A DNA stretch of 63,323 nucleotides, filler included, from Collodictyon triciliatum (taxonomy: Eukaryota), in NCBI GenBank assembly GCA_043381765.1. It is 6 parts of 6 records of this genome, joined end to end, with 100 filler letters (N's around TTAATTAATTAA, not from the genome) between each part and the next. Parts side by side here need not be neighbours in the genome. Positions count along the whole stretch, not along the records: positions 32,379 to 50,677 come from JBHJMP010001382.1; positions 50,778 to 59,699 come from JBHJMP010001406.1; positions 59,800 to 61,860 come from JBHJMP010001544.1; 3 more parts are not named here. One strand, 5' to 3'. Under the pieces are notes generated by a model. The model saw only the letters and a program-made list of their open reading frames with translations. It made no database searches and was not told the origin of the DNA. Of this stretch, positions 32,582 to 59,867 are shown piece after piece (within the stretch, counting starts at the first letter, position 1; every line of letters starts with the position of its first letter). The position numbers were made by a program, and so were the translations under genes.

Positions 32582-35500
32582 ATGACCAGCCCCGAGATCG
32601 ATACATATGTGTTGGAACGTAAGTCTGATATCCAGTTTCATTTGAAGAGGGGCATCCGTCGTTTTTTTTCTTCACGGCCCTAAATTACTACAGTCGAAGG
32701 CAACTTTACTTGTTTGAATAAAATCTACTTTGTCCCTACTCGTGTGCAGAACTTTCCGTCGCTGATGAGAGCGAAGAAGAATACAAGTACGAAGAAGTTC
32801 CTGTGGACTCAGACTCTGACGAAGAAGGACACGAAGAGGACCTTCAAAGTGCCCTTAGGGCTCTCAAGACAAAGGAGGAAAGTAAGTTGCTTTCTGCCCG
32901 CTTTCGCCTATTTCCTTTCTTCTCCGCCCAGTCCCATGGCAGCATAACCTAACCCCGTAACGATGTCGCCCCATATACTCATACTTGCATGATAATTGAA
33001 GATGAACGACCTCTTTCTCAAATGTTCTGTGATTCAACAGACAAGGGCAAGGAAGACCTTGGAAAACCGTCAGTCTCAAAGAAGCCTGAAGTGTTGGATG
33101 ATTTCTTTCGCAACTTTCTTAATCGTTTGGGCCTTGTAAAAACATTAGAAGTCTTTCAGGTTCTTTACATATATATTTAGTGTCTCCCTGGTTCAACCTC
33201 TACAACAATCATACCATGTTACTAATTTTATTTGGCTTTTGAAGGAGTTTTGGGGTTTCTTCTCCCCAATACTTCCGAGGTTTCTATTGTGAATAAATTA
33301 AAACCTGAATGCATATACTTTACAGACGGAATGGTATGATATGCAGCAACAAGGGAAAATATCACCCGAGCAAATCGGGGTTGTTCCTGATGTCTACGCG
33401 AAGAATCAAGCGCTGGGAGAAGTCGTTGGAAAGCTGAGAACCGAGATTGAAGATTACAAAGAGATTGCACAGTTTGTATTTTCGATCAAGACTAGATCGA
33501 CCATCATTATTTTATTTTTTCTAAATTCTATTATAGGAATATAGATTTAAAATGTAGGTAAAATTTCTTTCGCAAACATTCTAAATATTTTTCATAACTC
33601 TTTTTTTTTATTTTTTTATTTTTTTTATCTCTCATAGAAAGGCCCAAAATACATGGGATAAGTTACGGAAAGAGCGTGATTTTCACAGAATGCATCACCG
33701 AAGAGCTGTTCAAGAAAAGAACAAGTTAATTACTGACCTAAAAAACCTTAAGCGTCACTATGCCATGTACGAACCAGCCCTGCAACAACTTCAGAAAAAA
33801 TACGAGGTTTCTATTGTTTTACATTTTCCATCAAGGGCAAATACATGATATAGGATCTCAAATACCTACCCATCATGGCAAGTTCAGAAAATTAAAGTTT
33901 TCTATTTATGCACTTTCATCAGGCCGCCATGAAAGAAAAAATGCTGGCCAAGCTCGAAAGAGATCGAATCCAAGCCAAGGTTAGTCGTATCATAATAAAG
34001 TTATCCTCTGGTGCTTTTTCCAGAGTGTTTATTGCTTTCCGTAAAAGATTACATCTAAAATTATAATAAATAGATAGGTATATAAAGAAATCCACAAATA
34101 GATCTATATGTGAATTAAACTTCTATTGACATCAGGTAGAATCCATGGAGTCAACTTTGAAACAATACGACACTTCAAAATCACCTGCTATTCCAACACA
34201 AGTAGCACAAGTCAGTGCTGATAAACTTCAGAGCAGCAAGAAGAAGAAATCGACCAAAGACTCGACTCTTCCTTCTGAAAATCGAGCCAATCCATTTGCA
34301 AATCTCTCATTCTCACCAGCGAATGTCGAGGTCTACTCTTTGCAAAAAGTTATTAAGGCACATGACATGGCGATATCGTCGTAAGTTACGAAATATTCTC
34401 TTTTAGAGAGATGGGATATGACCCTATTTTTTTTCCTTCTGTTTTTATGTAATGGAGTAACCCGTGCTTCCCATAGAATTGCCTTGCATCCAAAGAAGCC
34501 CATCATTGCTACTGTGTCGGACGACCGCACATGGAAGATGTGGTCCATTCAAACTGGAGAGGTACGATTTATTATTCGTTGACAATTTATCTCCATTTGT
34601 GTATTCTTTGTGACTGTGAATATACACATATGTCAAACCACCGCAACAAAATTCTACATATAAAAGATATTCTTTTATTCATCTTAATATAAACCGAATG
34701 CTCATAAACACAGCTGATAATGAGCGGTGATGGCCACAAGGACTGGGTCTCCAATGCTGATTTTCATCCAAAGTAAATGCACTTACATTGAAGACGTGCT
34801 GACATTATTATCTTAGATTGAGGCATCCCTCATTCATCCACTGTTTGTAGCATTTTCTATAATATACCCATTTAAAATTGATTGCTGTAGAGGAACACAT
34901 CTCGTTACGTCTTCTGGCGATTCCACAGTAAAGATATGGGACTTTGCTGAAGCCTCTTGTGCAATTACATTTACAGACCACACACAAGTTTGTCTATTCA
35001 ATCATGGGAGTATAAAGTTATCTCTTTTTTTCACCAAGTTGAAATATGAAAAAAAAAAGAAAAAAGAAAAAAAAGAGGGTCATCGACCCACACAGCAAAG
35101 GCATAACTCACATCAAGCAGTATTCCACGGAGCACGTAGCTTTGCTCTTATTTTCCTATTTTAATTTTCTGCGACAAACCAGGCTGTTTGGGGCTGTGCT
35201 TTTCATGACAGTGGAGAATTTGTCGTGAGTTGCTCTCTAGACCATACAGCTAAACTGCTAGATATAAATAGGTAATTCCTTGAACATATTCTTTGATGAT
35301 GAATTCTTGAACCGAGGTTTATGCTGTTCATTCTTTTGTTTTCTGTTTCCAAAAGGTAGCTCAAGGATATATGCGATATTAATTCAAATCGCATTGTCAT
35401 TTGCCTATATGCATTGACCTCATTCACACACACTATATATGAATGAATTCAGTCAAGTATTTCGTTACTTACATATACACTGTTCAACAGTAAACGTTGC

Positions 35501-36585
35501 CGAGTAACATTCCGTGGTCATGTTGACTCTGTCAATGCTGTTGTGTTTCAACCATATACAAATACAATCTGCACATGCTCGGGAGACAAAACAGTACGTT
35601 CTTCTTCGCATGAAATCGTTTCTATGGAAAACTTTCCTTTCAGCAAAACTTTATTCAACTTGTGCACCACAAAAAGGTCTCGCTATGGGACAGTCGCACT
35701 GGTCTCTGCGCACAAACATTTTACGGCCACATGAATGCTTGCAATGACGTGACCTTCAACAAACAGGTTTCCACCTCTTAACGAACAACCAACCATGAAG
35801 CCGATACTTGATTGCTTTCTCTGTTTACAGTTATTATACATACGAACAAGGAAGAATGAAAGTGAAGAATGAGAAAGATAGAGTGAAAACGAAAAGGAAA
35901 GAGAAAAGACTTACCCCCACTATCCTCATATCTGAATCAAGGGCGACACAATTGCATCCACCGATGCGGATGGGGTTGTGAAGGTCTGGGATGTCCGAAT
36001 GATTCAAGAGCGAACAACAATCAACGTTGGGCCACACCCAGGTACGCTACCAGACCGAGACTGAAGCACAAACACGCTCATTTTTATTACCACACTATCT
36101 TTATATTGCTGTTGATTATGGTTACCTACCCGAATATCATGCAGATATTAAAAAAAAACAACATATTTCAACACTTCTATATCGCATCCCTCAGCAAATA
36201 AGGTATCATTCGACCGGTCTGGTGAACTCCTTGCTGTGGCAAGCGATGACAGCACATGCAAATTGTAGCGTCATTTACTCTCATACATTGATATTTCGTC
36301 TTGTGCACTTGCTTGTTTTCATCACCTTTTTATCTCCATGAGAAAACACATAATGAAATTACATTTATGTTTATAAATAATTAGAAAGAAAAAATCAGAT
36401 AGTGGTGAGCAAAGTCAACCCACACAAACTATTCAACACTTTATACCAGATTCAACATCAGCACGAGTCGACACGTGGTTGATTTGCGGGGCCATGAAGA
36501 TTCTGTCCAGTGCGCCCGGTTCGATAATCTCGGCGGCTTTATAGTCACTGCGGGTTCCGATTCCACAGTGCGCATTTGGTCATAG
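32582..36585 (+). CDS. SPAG16: Sperm-associated antigen 16 / PF20 axonemal central-apparatus WD40 protein (multi-exon)
   Basis: KPEVLDDFFRNFLNRLGLVKTLEVFQTEWY; WDKLRKERDFHRMHHRRAVQEKNKLITDLKNLKRHYAMYEP; KYEAAMKEKMLAKLERDR; C-terminal WD40 repeats (GHKDWVS, GHVDSVN, GHEDSVQ) ending VRIWS-TAG. Confidence 0.93.
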
Positions 36586-36877
36586 TTGTACACATCTGCA
36601 CAATCGTATTGCGCACCATTTTGCAAACCCACTTTCCTTTCCTTTTTTCTCTTTGTTTTCACGTGGCCTTCCTTTGCAACGCACCACCGAGTTTTACTAA
36701 AGATATTCACCAGACTGGAAAATGAAAAGAAGGCTAATCCAGAAGCATGTCTTATACATGTATTTTCTATGAATAGCCATTTGTGCTGTAATTTCGAATG
36801 TATCACTAAGTGCGCGACGAGCCTTACGAAGGAATAATCAAATACATCAAAAGATATCACCAAGGTAGATTGCAAAT

Positions 36878-36989
<112 letters not shown>

Positions 36990-37321
36990 AATTAGACGAT
37001 GAGACCTGCTTCTGAATGGGTGTCAAGAGTCTGTTCGTATAGGCTCTCGTGATTATGAAAACATAATTGAACTGATGGGGTTGTTTATAGCCAGACTTGA
37101 ACGGGTGCATTCTGCCAGCGTGCTCGCTCGCTGCTCATTATGCCTGTCGGTTGAGTTATTTTTATTTATTATCACTGCCGAAGGTGCCTTCTGGAGCCTC
37201 GGGGCCTCTCCTGCATTCCAGCCGAGTTTGCATCCTCAGACTCCGGGTTGCTGTGTCGGCAGGTCGAGGAGGAACGGGGGATTTTAGGGTGTTCTTTTTT
37301 TTTTTTTCAAAAGATAAGTCA

Positions 37322-50437
<13,116 letters not shown>

Positions 50438-50587
50438 TCAGAACGTGCTCCGTGTTTTTGAACTGGGCTTACGAATGAAGCACAAAGGAAAAGAGACAAA
50501 GCAAAGCGTCTTCGCGCAGGCCGAAACCCCTGCCCTGTGCATTTCTGCTTCGGGCTTCGTGGGCTCGATTTCCTTTTTTTNNNNNNN

Positions 50588-50677
50588 TTTGTTTTGTTTT
50601 GTTTTTGTTTTTGTTTTTGTTTTTGTTTTTGTTTTTGTTTTTGTTTTTGTTTTTGTTTTTGTTTTTGTTTTTGTTTT
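50588..50677. repeat. (TTTTTG)n simple repeat at contig end
   Basis: Direct reading. Confidence 0.9.
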
Positions 50678-50777
50678 NNNNNNNNNNNNNNNNNNNNNNN
50701 NNNNNNNNNNNNNNNNNNNNNTTAATTAATTAANNNNNNNNNNNNNNNNNNNNNNNNNNNNNNNNNNNNNNNNNNNN
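50678..50777. other. Artificial contig spacer
   Basis: N44-TTAATTAATTAA-N44. Confidence 0.98.
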
Positions 50778-50940
50778 AAGAATATATAAAAAAATAAAAA
50801 AAAATAAAAAAAGAAAAAAATAAAAAAAAAAAAAAATTTAAACAAAAAAAAAAAAAAAAAAAGAAAAAAAAAAGAAAGAGGATTGAATAAACCATTAATT
50901 GGGGTTTAAATCCAATACATCCAATTAAACCGGAGCTCAG

Positions 50941-53079
50941 CTTATCAACTCGTGATTGGCCATAGAGGAAGCTCTACCACAGCACCTGAGGTTATTGGCA
51001 TATCCTACTTTGAAAAAATAAATATACAAGTTGTGTTTATTCCCCGTGTTATCATCATTTTTATTTTATAATTCTATAAATACGATATACATGATTATGA
51101 TTACCCAAAGTCAGCATCTCCACCATCCTGCACAAAATTGAAAGGAAGGATAAAAAAATGCATGATTATTATTGTTATTATTATAATAGAACACCATTAA
51201 ATCATTCAACGAAGCCGTCCTTCAAAAATGTGATGGAATTGAAACCGATCTTCAGTTGACAAAAGATGGATATATAGTCTTGATTCATGACAAGTATGTT
51301 AACTACGAAGGATAGCTTTGACAGTTTTATATTAGTATTAGTATTTATTATTGTAATTATTGTGGTGGTGGTGATGGTGGTGGTGGTGGTGGTGGTTAAA
51401 TTATTCCATCAATTTTCTCTAAATTAAAGAGTATGAATATATCACGTAAAGGACACTTGAAAGAACAACAAACGGAGAAGGGCTTGTATCTGAAAAGACT
51501 CTAAGTTCAATTAGAAGGCTGGATGCTGGGTGTTGGAAAGGCTCACGTTTTTGTGGGGAAAAGGTCCCGACATTCGAGGAACTGCTGAGCCTTCTTAAAG
51601 GAAAGAATATGATTATCATCATGGATCTAAAATCAACAGGATTGGGTGCCGCAATTAAGAAAGCCGTTACAAAGCATGGTAAATATGCATATTCATATTA
51701 AACTGTTATGTTGGGATGGAATATAAGTGTTTCGATCTATATGTGCCCTCAAGTAAACAAATGATAAAAAAAGAGAGGGAAATAAAGACATCGCTCAAAT
51801 AACTTGAATATTTTCTGAATCGAATTATAATATTTTCCAAGGCTACCCACAAGACTTGCTGATAGCCTCATGCTGGACAAACCAACAAGCCCTTGACATA
51901 AAAAAGAATCTCCCTGTAAGAGGATCTTCTATAAAATTACTGTCTCTAAATATATGAGTATTCAAAATTGTGATATCGCAATTATATGTGAATGTTTTTT
52001 TCCCTTTATTCGATTCAAAGAATTATATGTGAATGTTATTATTTTCTTGTTTTTATTTATGAAAGCGCAAACACTATTCCGTAATTTTCGTTTGGAGTTA
52101 TGCGGTGTCCTTGGAGATTTGGGATACGGCAAAGTTCACCTGTATACTAACCACTCAACTACTCAGATGGTACGGACTCAGTTACTAGGAGACGCTCCGC
52201 CCTCGTATAACACAGATTACTGGACCTCGTTGGTACAAACAGGCGTGTCAGGGTTCTCCCTCAATCATGAAACGGTGAGCGCTATACAGAACCGAAATAT
52301 GTCACTTTTTTTCCAAAAGAGCGAAAAGCATATATATATTTTTCATAAAACTTCTAATATTGTAATCAATCATAAATCTGATTCATGTTTAAATAAAAGT
52401 AACATTTTGCCCTTCAGGTCACGAAAGAATTTGTGAGAGAGGCACACAGGCACTTGGTAAATGTCTTACTATTACAAGAGACTTCGTTGTTGAATCTTCT
52501 TCTTCTTCTTCTTCTTCTTCTTCTTCTTCTTCTTCTTCTTCTTCTTCTTCTTCTTCTTCTTCTTCTTCTTCTTCTTCTTCTTCTTCTTCTTTCATTCTTT
52601 CTGAACCTTTACATTTACTTAAATTGTTCGCGCAGATGACTGTCTTTGTCTGGACTGTGGATACCTCGGATGACGTGAAAAAAATGGTATCGTACGGGGT
52701 GGATGGAGTCATCACAAACAAAAACTCAGAGACATTAAGCTATATGAAAGGTATAATTCAGTACACATATATATTTCGATGCGGGAATGGCGACTATATC
52801 ACTGGCGACTCTTTTACCTTCTTAATCGTTTTCTTCTGTGTTTCTTTTTCTCTCTGTCTCGACTGTTATTCAAACTAATACATAAATCCAGATGGAACAT
52901 ATGTTGCTTCTGTGAGCACACCACCATTGCTACCGCAGGTGTCTGCAACAACCACCGCCATCCCGAAACAGTCAGGGGACGCCTCATATCCTTTTGTATT
53001 GACAGTCTTTGTATTTGGTTTTGTCATATCGATTCTCATTCTCATGTCTATTCTCAAGAGAAGAAGACTGATTCCGTGA
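50941..53079 (+). CDS. Glycerophosphodiester phosphodiesterase (GDPD family) with C-terminal TM helix, 5'-partial, spliced
   Basis: VIGHRGSSTTAPE|NTIKSF, DGIETDLQLTKDGYIVLIHD, TLERTTNGEG, LDAGCW, VPTFEELL, VFVWTVD...GVDGVITN; ends FVLTVFVFGFVISILILMSILKRRRLIP-TGA. Confidence 0.9.
51103..51157 (+). mobile_element. 55-nt LINE family B 3'-end insertion in a GDPD intron
   Basis: ...CAGCATCTCCACCATCCTGCACAAAATTGAAAGGAAGGAT-A6 flanked by ATACATGATTATGATT (51087-51102) / ATGCATGATTATTATT (51158-51173). Confidence 0.78.
51997..52020 (-). mobile_element. 24-nt LINE family A 3'-end insertion in a GDPD intron
   Basis: Reverse complement is CTTTGAATCGAATAAAGGG-An; perfect 17-bp flanks AATTATATGTGAATGTT (51980-51996 / 52021-52037). 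Confidence 0.82.
52496..52591. repeat. (TTC)n microsatellite, intronic
   Basis: Direct reading. Confidence 0.95.
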
Positions 53080-53107
53080 CCCACCTATACTGAGGTAAGT
53101 AGCGTGC

Positions 53108-53305
53108 TCTCTCTGTCTCTGTCTCTGTCTCTGTCTCTGTTTCTGTCTCTGTTTCTGTCTCTGTCTCTGTCTCTGTCTCTGTCTCTGTCTCTGTCTCTGT
53201 CTCTGTCTCTGTCTCTGTCTCTGTCTCTGTCTCTCTGTCTCTCTGTCTCTCTGTCTCTCTGTCTCTCTGTCTCTCTGTCTCTCTGTCTCTCTGTCTCTCT
53301 CTCTC
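53108..53305. repeat. (TCTCTG)n/(TCTCTCTG)n simple repeat
   Basis: Direct reading. Confidence 0.93.
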
Positions 53306-53623
53306 GTTTCCAGTGATGATTACTTCCTTCTTATTTGCTGTGGCGTGCTTTCATAATCACCACCATCATCATACCCAGTTGTCACCACCTATGAATCATT
53401 TTTGTGAAGATAATCAAATATATCCCTTCTTAGGAGCGGATATCAGTGTATAACATCTATATGAAATGAAGCAAACGGGATACCGGAACGGAATAATACC
53501 GAAAAATGAAAAATATTGAGTGGGTTGCATTCGTTTATGTATTTTTTTTTTTTTAGTTTATTTTATTCCTGTGTGGTTGACTCTGAAAGCGAGAGGATGT
53601 CGACAACGAAAAAGAGAAGCAAA

Positions 53624-55004
53624 TCAACGACGGATAACCTTCACAGTTAAAGTTGCCGGCTCCCCAGTGGAATCAGGCACCTGGACTGGAACCGAGAAAG
53701 TACCGAGCTTCTGAATTGGTGCTTCTAACACAATGGTTTCAGGGGCAATCTTCAAGTTGTGTTGCTTGAAGAGTTTTTCGGCGATATGGCTATGGAGGGC
53801 ATGGAAGAATAAGTGTGGAGCGATAGATAACATTACGTGTTTCATTTATCTTGTGTTTTTTTGGTTGTTGGCTGTTAGTTTTTTTTTTTTCCACCCATAT
53901 TCATCGCAATTCAGTTTTGACTGTTGGTTTCTACTCAGCCCTTACCTTGCAGTAACATCATTGATTGGCGGGTCGTATGTCTCTTCATAGTTTCGTTTCA
54001 TCTCGACAGTCAGCTTCGAGATGCGCACTTTAAGCCGGTCAGACGAGCGGCGATCCTCCACAGTCTGGACTGAGGTTGTCTTTGAGATGACGCCGGCATA
54101 TGCAGCCTTGTTTGTCGGAGTAGCGTAGACGGCGAACTGCTTGGGCACAAGATAGTTTCTGGCAAAGCCTGCGCTCACAGAGACACGTTCGTACTGGTAC
54201 CCGCAGTTGGGCACATCGTGAAGGAGAATGACTTCGAGCTGCCCATCATGGCGACGATAGAGACGGGTGTAGCGGCCCGGCGCAATCCCGATATCCCCAC
54301 GTCGGGGAACGCTAATCTGCGGGGCCGCGGTATTAAGCTGCACTTAGTAGGGGGACACGCTTGGCCGAGGGCATGAAAAGAGAGAAGACACTTTGTTATA
54401 TATATATGAAAATATTTTGTATTAATTCCTTGTTATGCAATTTTATTATGTTTTTTTTTTAAAAAAAAAAGTTATATTTCTTATAAATAGTTTTTCAATA
54501 CTTCAGAGACATTTCATTTCTGGTAATTTAAGTCGACATCATTGTTTATGAATAATCTTGAGTTATTATTAGTAAGGGTTGTTACTGCTGGGGCAGAGGC
54601 AGTGTTGTTTCCCTCGGCTTCCTCATGGGTGGCCTGAGTAGCCGCCAAGCGGGACGTGGGAAGAAGTGTTGCAGGAGAAAACCTGCCCAAGAAGAGACAA
54701 TTGGTGAGATGATCAGTTGCGAATTATGTCTTTGCAGTGCGACCAGGGGACCTATTTCTGTTCTCTGAGAATCGTGAGGTTACAAGAGTATCAAAAGAAA
54801 TAGACTTGTTGCCCCTCGAAAAAGAATCAAGATGCAAGACGAAAATACGTGTAGAGATACTTGTCTCATGACAAAGAAAGAAAGAAAAAAAGAAAGAAAA
54901 AAAGAAAGAAAAAAAGAAAGAAAAAAAGAAAGAAAAAGAAAAAAGAAACAAACAAGAAAGTATGGCTGAAACCTGAGGAAAGAACCAACGGAGCGTGCCA
55001 GCAT
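53624..55004 (-). CDS. MRPL9: Mitochondrial ribosomal protein bL9m (spliced; 5' exons tentative)
   Basis: L9 N-domain LEVILLHDVPNCGYQYERVSVSAGFARNYLVPKQFAVYAT and C-domain LEAPIQKLGTFSVPV...LTVKVIRR (core 53624-54343). Tentative upstream exons give MLARSVGSFLR|FSPATLLPTSRLAA, a presequence-like N-terminus. Confidence 0.82.
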
Positions 55005-56795
55005 GTCTGACCCTTGCTTCTAGTCTCTGCTTCAATTAGCGAGGAAATAAACATTTCTGTGAGTGACTTGAGCTTGACGAGCTCGCCGAACTGCTCGGCC
55101 GCTTCCCTTCTGTCCCGAACCTGTTGGTAGGTTTCGACGCAGCCGGGTAGCGCTCTCGGCGTGTGGTTGGATTTGCAGTTGTGATTCGGCCTGGGTCGGA
55201 TGTTGGAGCAACAACCAAAGAAAAAAAAACGCATATTATCCAATTGTGGAAATTAAACACAAATCCAAAGTGCAAAGTCTGTTCCTTTGTGGAAGACATT
55301 TATTCCAGAAATGATGATGGATCTAGATTCCAAAATGCCGAAAAAGAAGGCGCTTATTTGCGTTGCTGTTGGGGGGTAGGTGTTGCTTATTTGGAAGTGC
55401 GGCGTGGGGTGGGCTACCCAACTGGGAGTGGCCAGTTTCCGAAGGCGTGGGGGTTGGCGACATAAGGGGGACGTGAGCTGGCGGCAGGGTATAAAGATGA
55501 GGGCGAATCGGGGGCGCAAGTCGGGCACTCAAGCCTCGTTTGAGAGTGTCCCTGGTTCGGCCGATGGAATATTTCTCTTTTGACCAAGACAACCATGGAT
55601 ATGGGTTGGGTTCACCAACATCCCGCGCCGAAAAATCTAGACATACTCTGTGTGGTTCACTCCAATTCGTCTCTCCTTTGCCGTGCTCGGCGCACTTTCA
55701 CACGTTTGTAGTATACATGCACATAAATAACGGGCTTGCATGTGTTCTTTGAGCCTTTGCTACAAATACTTTACTAGTTCTATCTTATTTGCCTCATTTA
55801 ACACTCTGCATTTGGGGTGTGCACTTTTTAGAAAATATGAAAAAAAAAACTATTGTGTATCCCATTATTACTTGGAGATGCTTCACATACGCCAGAGTGC
55901 TCGTATTTGGTTGATTTTTCAATTGCGCTGATATTTTACCTTTAAATTATGTTATGTAATGATACTTTTAATTATGTTCTTTTTTTTGTTTTTGTTTTTC
56001 ATGTTTGATTAGAAGTATATGTATATGTACATGCACATGTGTTTACATTTACTTTTACTTTTGCACTGCATAAATGTGTTCATGTTACAAACGACACGAA
56101 GGGCCTACTAATGCTTGAGAGCTAAAAGCACGGGAGGCTTATTCTAATATTATTGAAAAAACAATAAGCATGAATCTTCCTTTTCATCCCTAGCAACACT
56201 GTTACTGAAACTAGCTGTGGATAGTATGTATCACTTGAACCTGTATTTCTGTCTAGAGATTGGATTTGTAACCTTAGGCTCTCTTTCATTGCTCATTAAA
56301 ATATTTATATATATGATGGCTATCTTCTTGCTGTCCATGAGTATATTATAATTCTGTATGTGATGTATTCCAGAACCTATATGATTATTTTTTTTAAAAA
56401 AAATACCAACAAGATAGAAACACAACCTTCCGTCACCAACAATAAGCTGCACATTATTAGCCTTTCTTCCTTTTATTTAATTTTTAAAAATCCTATCTGA
56501 AATGAAGGTTGAAGAAACCAAAACAATTATTTTACTTTTTTTTACTTTTTTTTCCTTTTATCGTATTATTACATATTTAATATAGAGGAAATAATAAGAC
56601 ACCTTTCCATACTTTTTTCATATTTTTTTAGGTTCAAAATCAGAAGGGACTTAAGTGTTTTCAAGGACCAACTCGAAAGTCTCTAAAGTGATATCATTGT
56701 TTCAATTAAAAAAATTTGCTGGTGGTGCGACCATATATTGAAAAAGTGTCCACTTACGTGACTTGGACCCATTAGACCCTACTTACTGATACAAA

Positions 56796-58826
<2,031 letters not shown>

Positions 58827-59614
58827 TCCAGAGGCACTGTTTTTGTTTTGTTTTGTTTTCCTCTTTTCTCGTTTTTCATCCATATGTCTTTCTTTCCTTT
58901 TTATTCTTTCCTTCAAATTGTTCAACATGGAGAGTATCGGCCTTGGTTCACCCGCAAAGCCTTTTTTCTTTTTTTTCTTTCCTTTTTTGTTTTCTATTTT
59001 ATTTCGGGAGCCGGAATTATATAACATTTGTTCTCGAGATTTTTCTCAAAGTTCATTTTTGTTTCCCCTTCTACGTGTTTTTCCTATTTGTCCTGATTCT
59101 TTTTACGTAGATAGATAGGAAGAACTCTGATATGTTTTAGCTGAGCTGATTTACACCGAAACAATAAATTTGTTTGTGTCCGAATTAGATTCTGATCTTT
59201 ATTGAACCCTTACACCCGCTTCTTATATTCACAGGGAATTTAAATCTATAATTGCATTCTTTTCAAATTTAAAATGTAATTCATAGTACTTCTGGCCTAT
59301 AGGATAAGTGCATGAGACATAGTGTTTTATTATAGGTGATTTCGATTTTGTAGAATATCAAAATCATTTTCAAATAAAGCTAGAAATATATGTGGATTAC
59401 TTATGGTAGATTGATGCATTGCAATTTAATTGGCTGAAATATGCGGGTATCATCGTTCCTGTTGAGAGGCTTATCTTATCAGCGCATGATAATATCTTTT
59501 TATTTCTAAATTCAATGGAGCATCCTTTTCCATAAGTTGAATTATTTTTTCACGAAAGTGTTGGGACCCAACGTTTTGCTTATCCTTTGCTTTTGTTTTC
59601 TTTTCTTCGGTAGA

Positions 59615-59672
59615 TTTTTTTTTTTTTTTTATTCTTCCTTTCAATTTTGTGCAGGATGGTGGAGATGTTGGC
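59615..59672 (-). mobile_element. ~58-nt LINE family B 3'-end insertion
   Basis: T16-ATTCTTCCTTTCAATTTTGTGCAGGATGGTGGAGATGTTGGC flanked by TCGGTAGA(T)n at 59607 and 59673. Confidence 0.8.
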
Positions 59673-59699
59673 TCGGTAGATTTTTTTTTTTATTCTTTT

Positions 59700-59799
59700 N
59701 NNNNNNNNNNNNNNNNNNNNNNNNNNNNNNNNNNNNNNNNNNNTTAATTAATTAANNNNNNNNNNNNNNNNNNNNNNNNNNNNNNNNNNNNNNNNNNNN
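59700..59799. other. Artificial contig spacer
   Basis: N44-TTAATTAATTAA-N44. Confidence 0.98.
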
Positions 59800-59867
59800 G
59801 GGGGGGGGGGGGGGGGGGGAATATGTTGAGATAATTGAGATAAAATAAAAAATAAAAATACTCTAAC

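Noticed and set aside
32055-32675. Poly-Phe/Ser and FVCL-repeat ORFs (also poly-N/Y/L/E ORFs at 36810-37110, 52419-52721, 53104-53316 and 58329-58553)
   Set aside because: Translations of microsatellites, not genes.
54338-54374. bL9m start at the ATG near 54374 using a 16-nt micro-intron
   Set aside because: The other introns here are typically 70-300 nt, and a conventional splice to upstream exons gives an in-frame presequence-like N-terminus.
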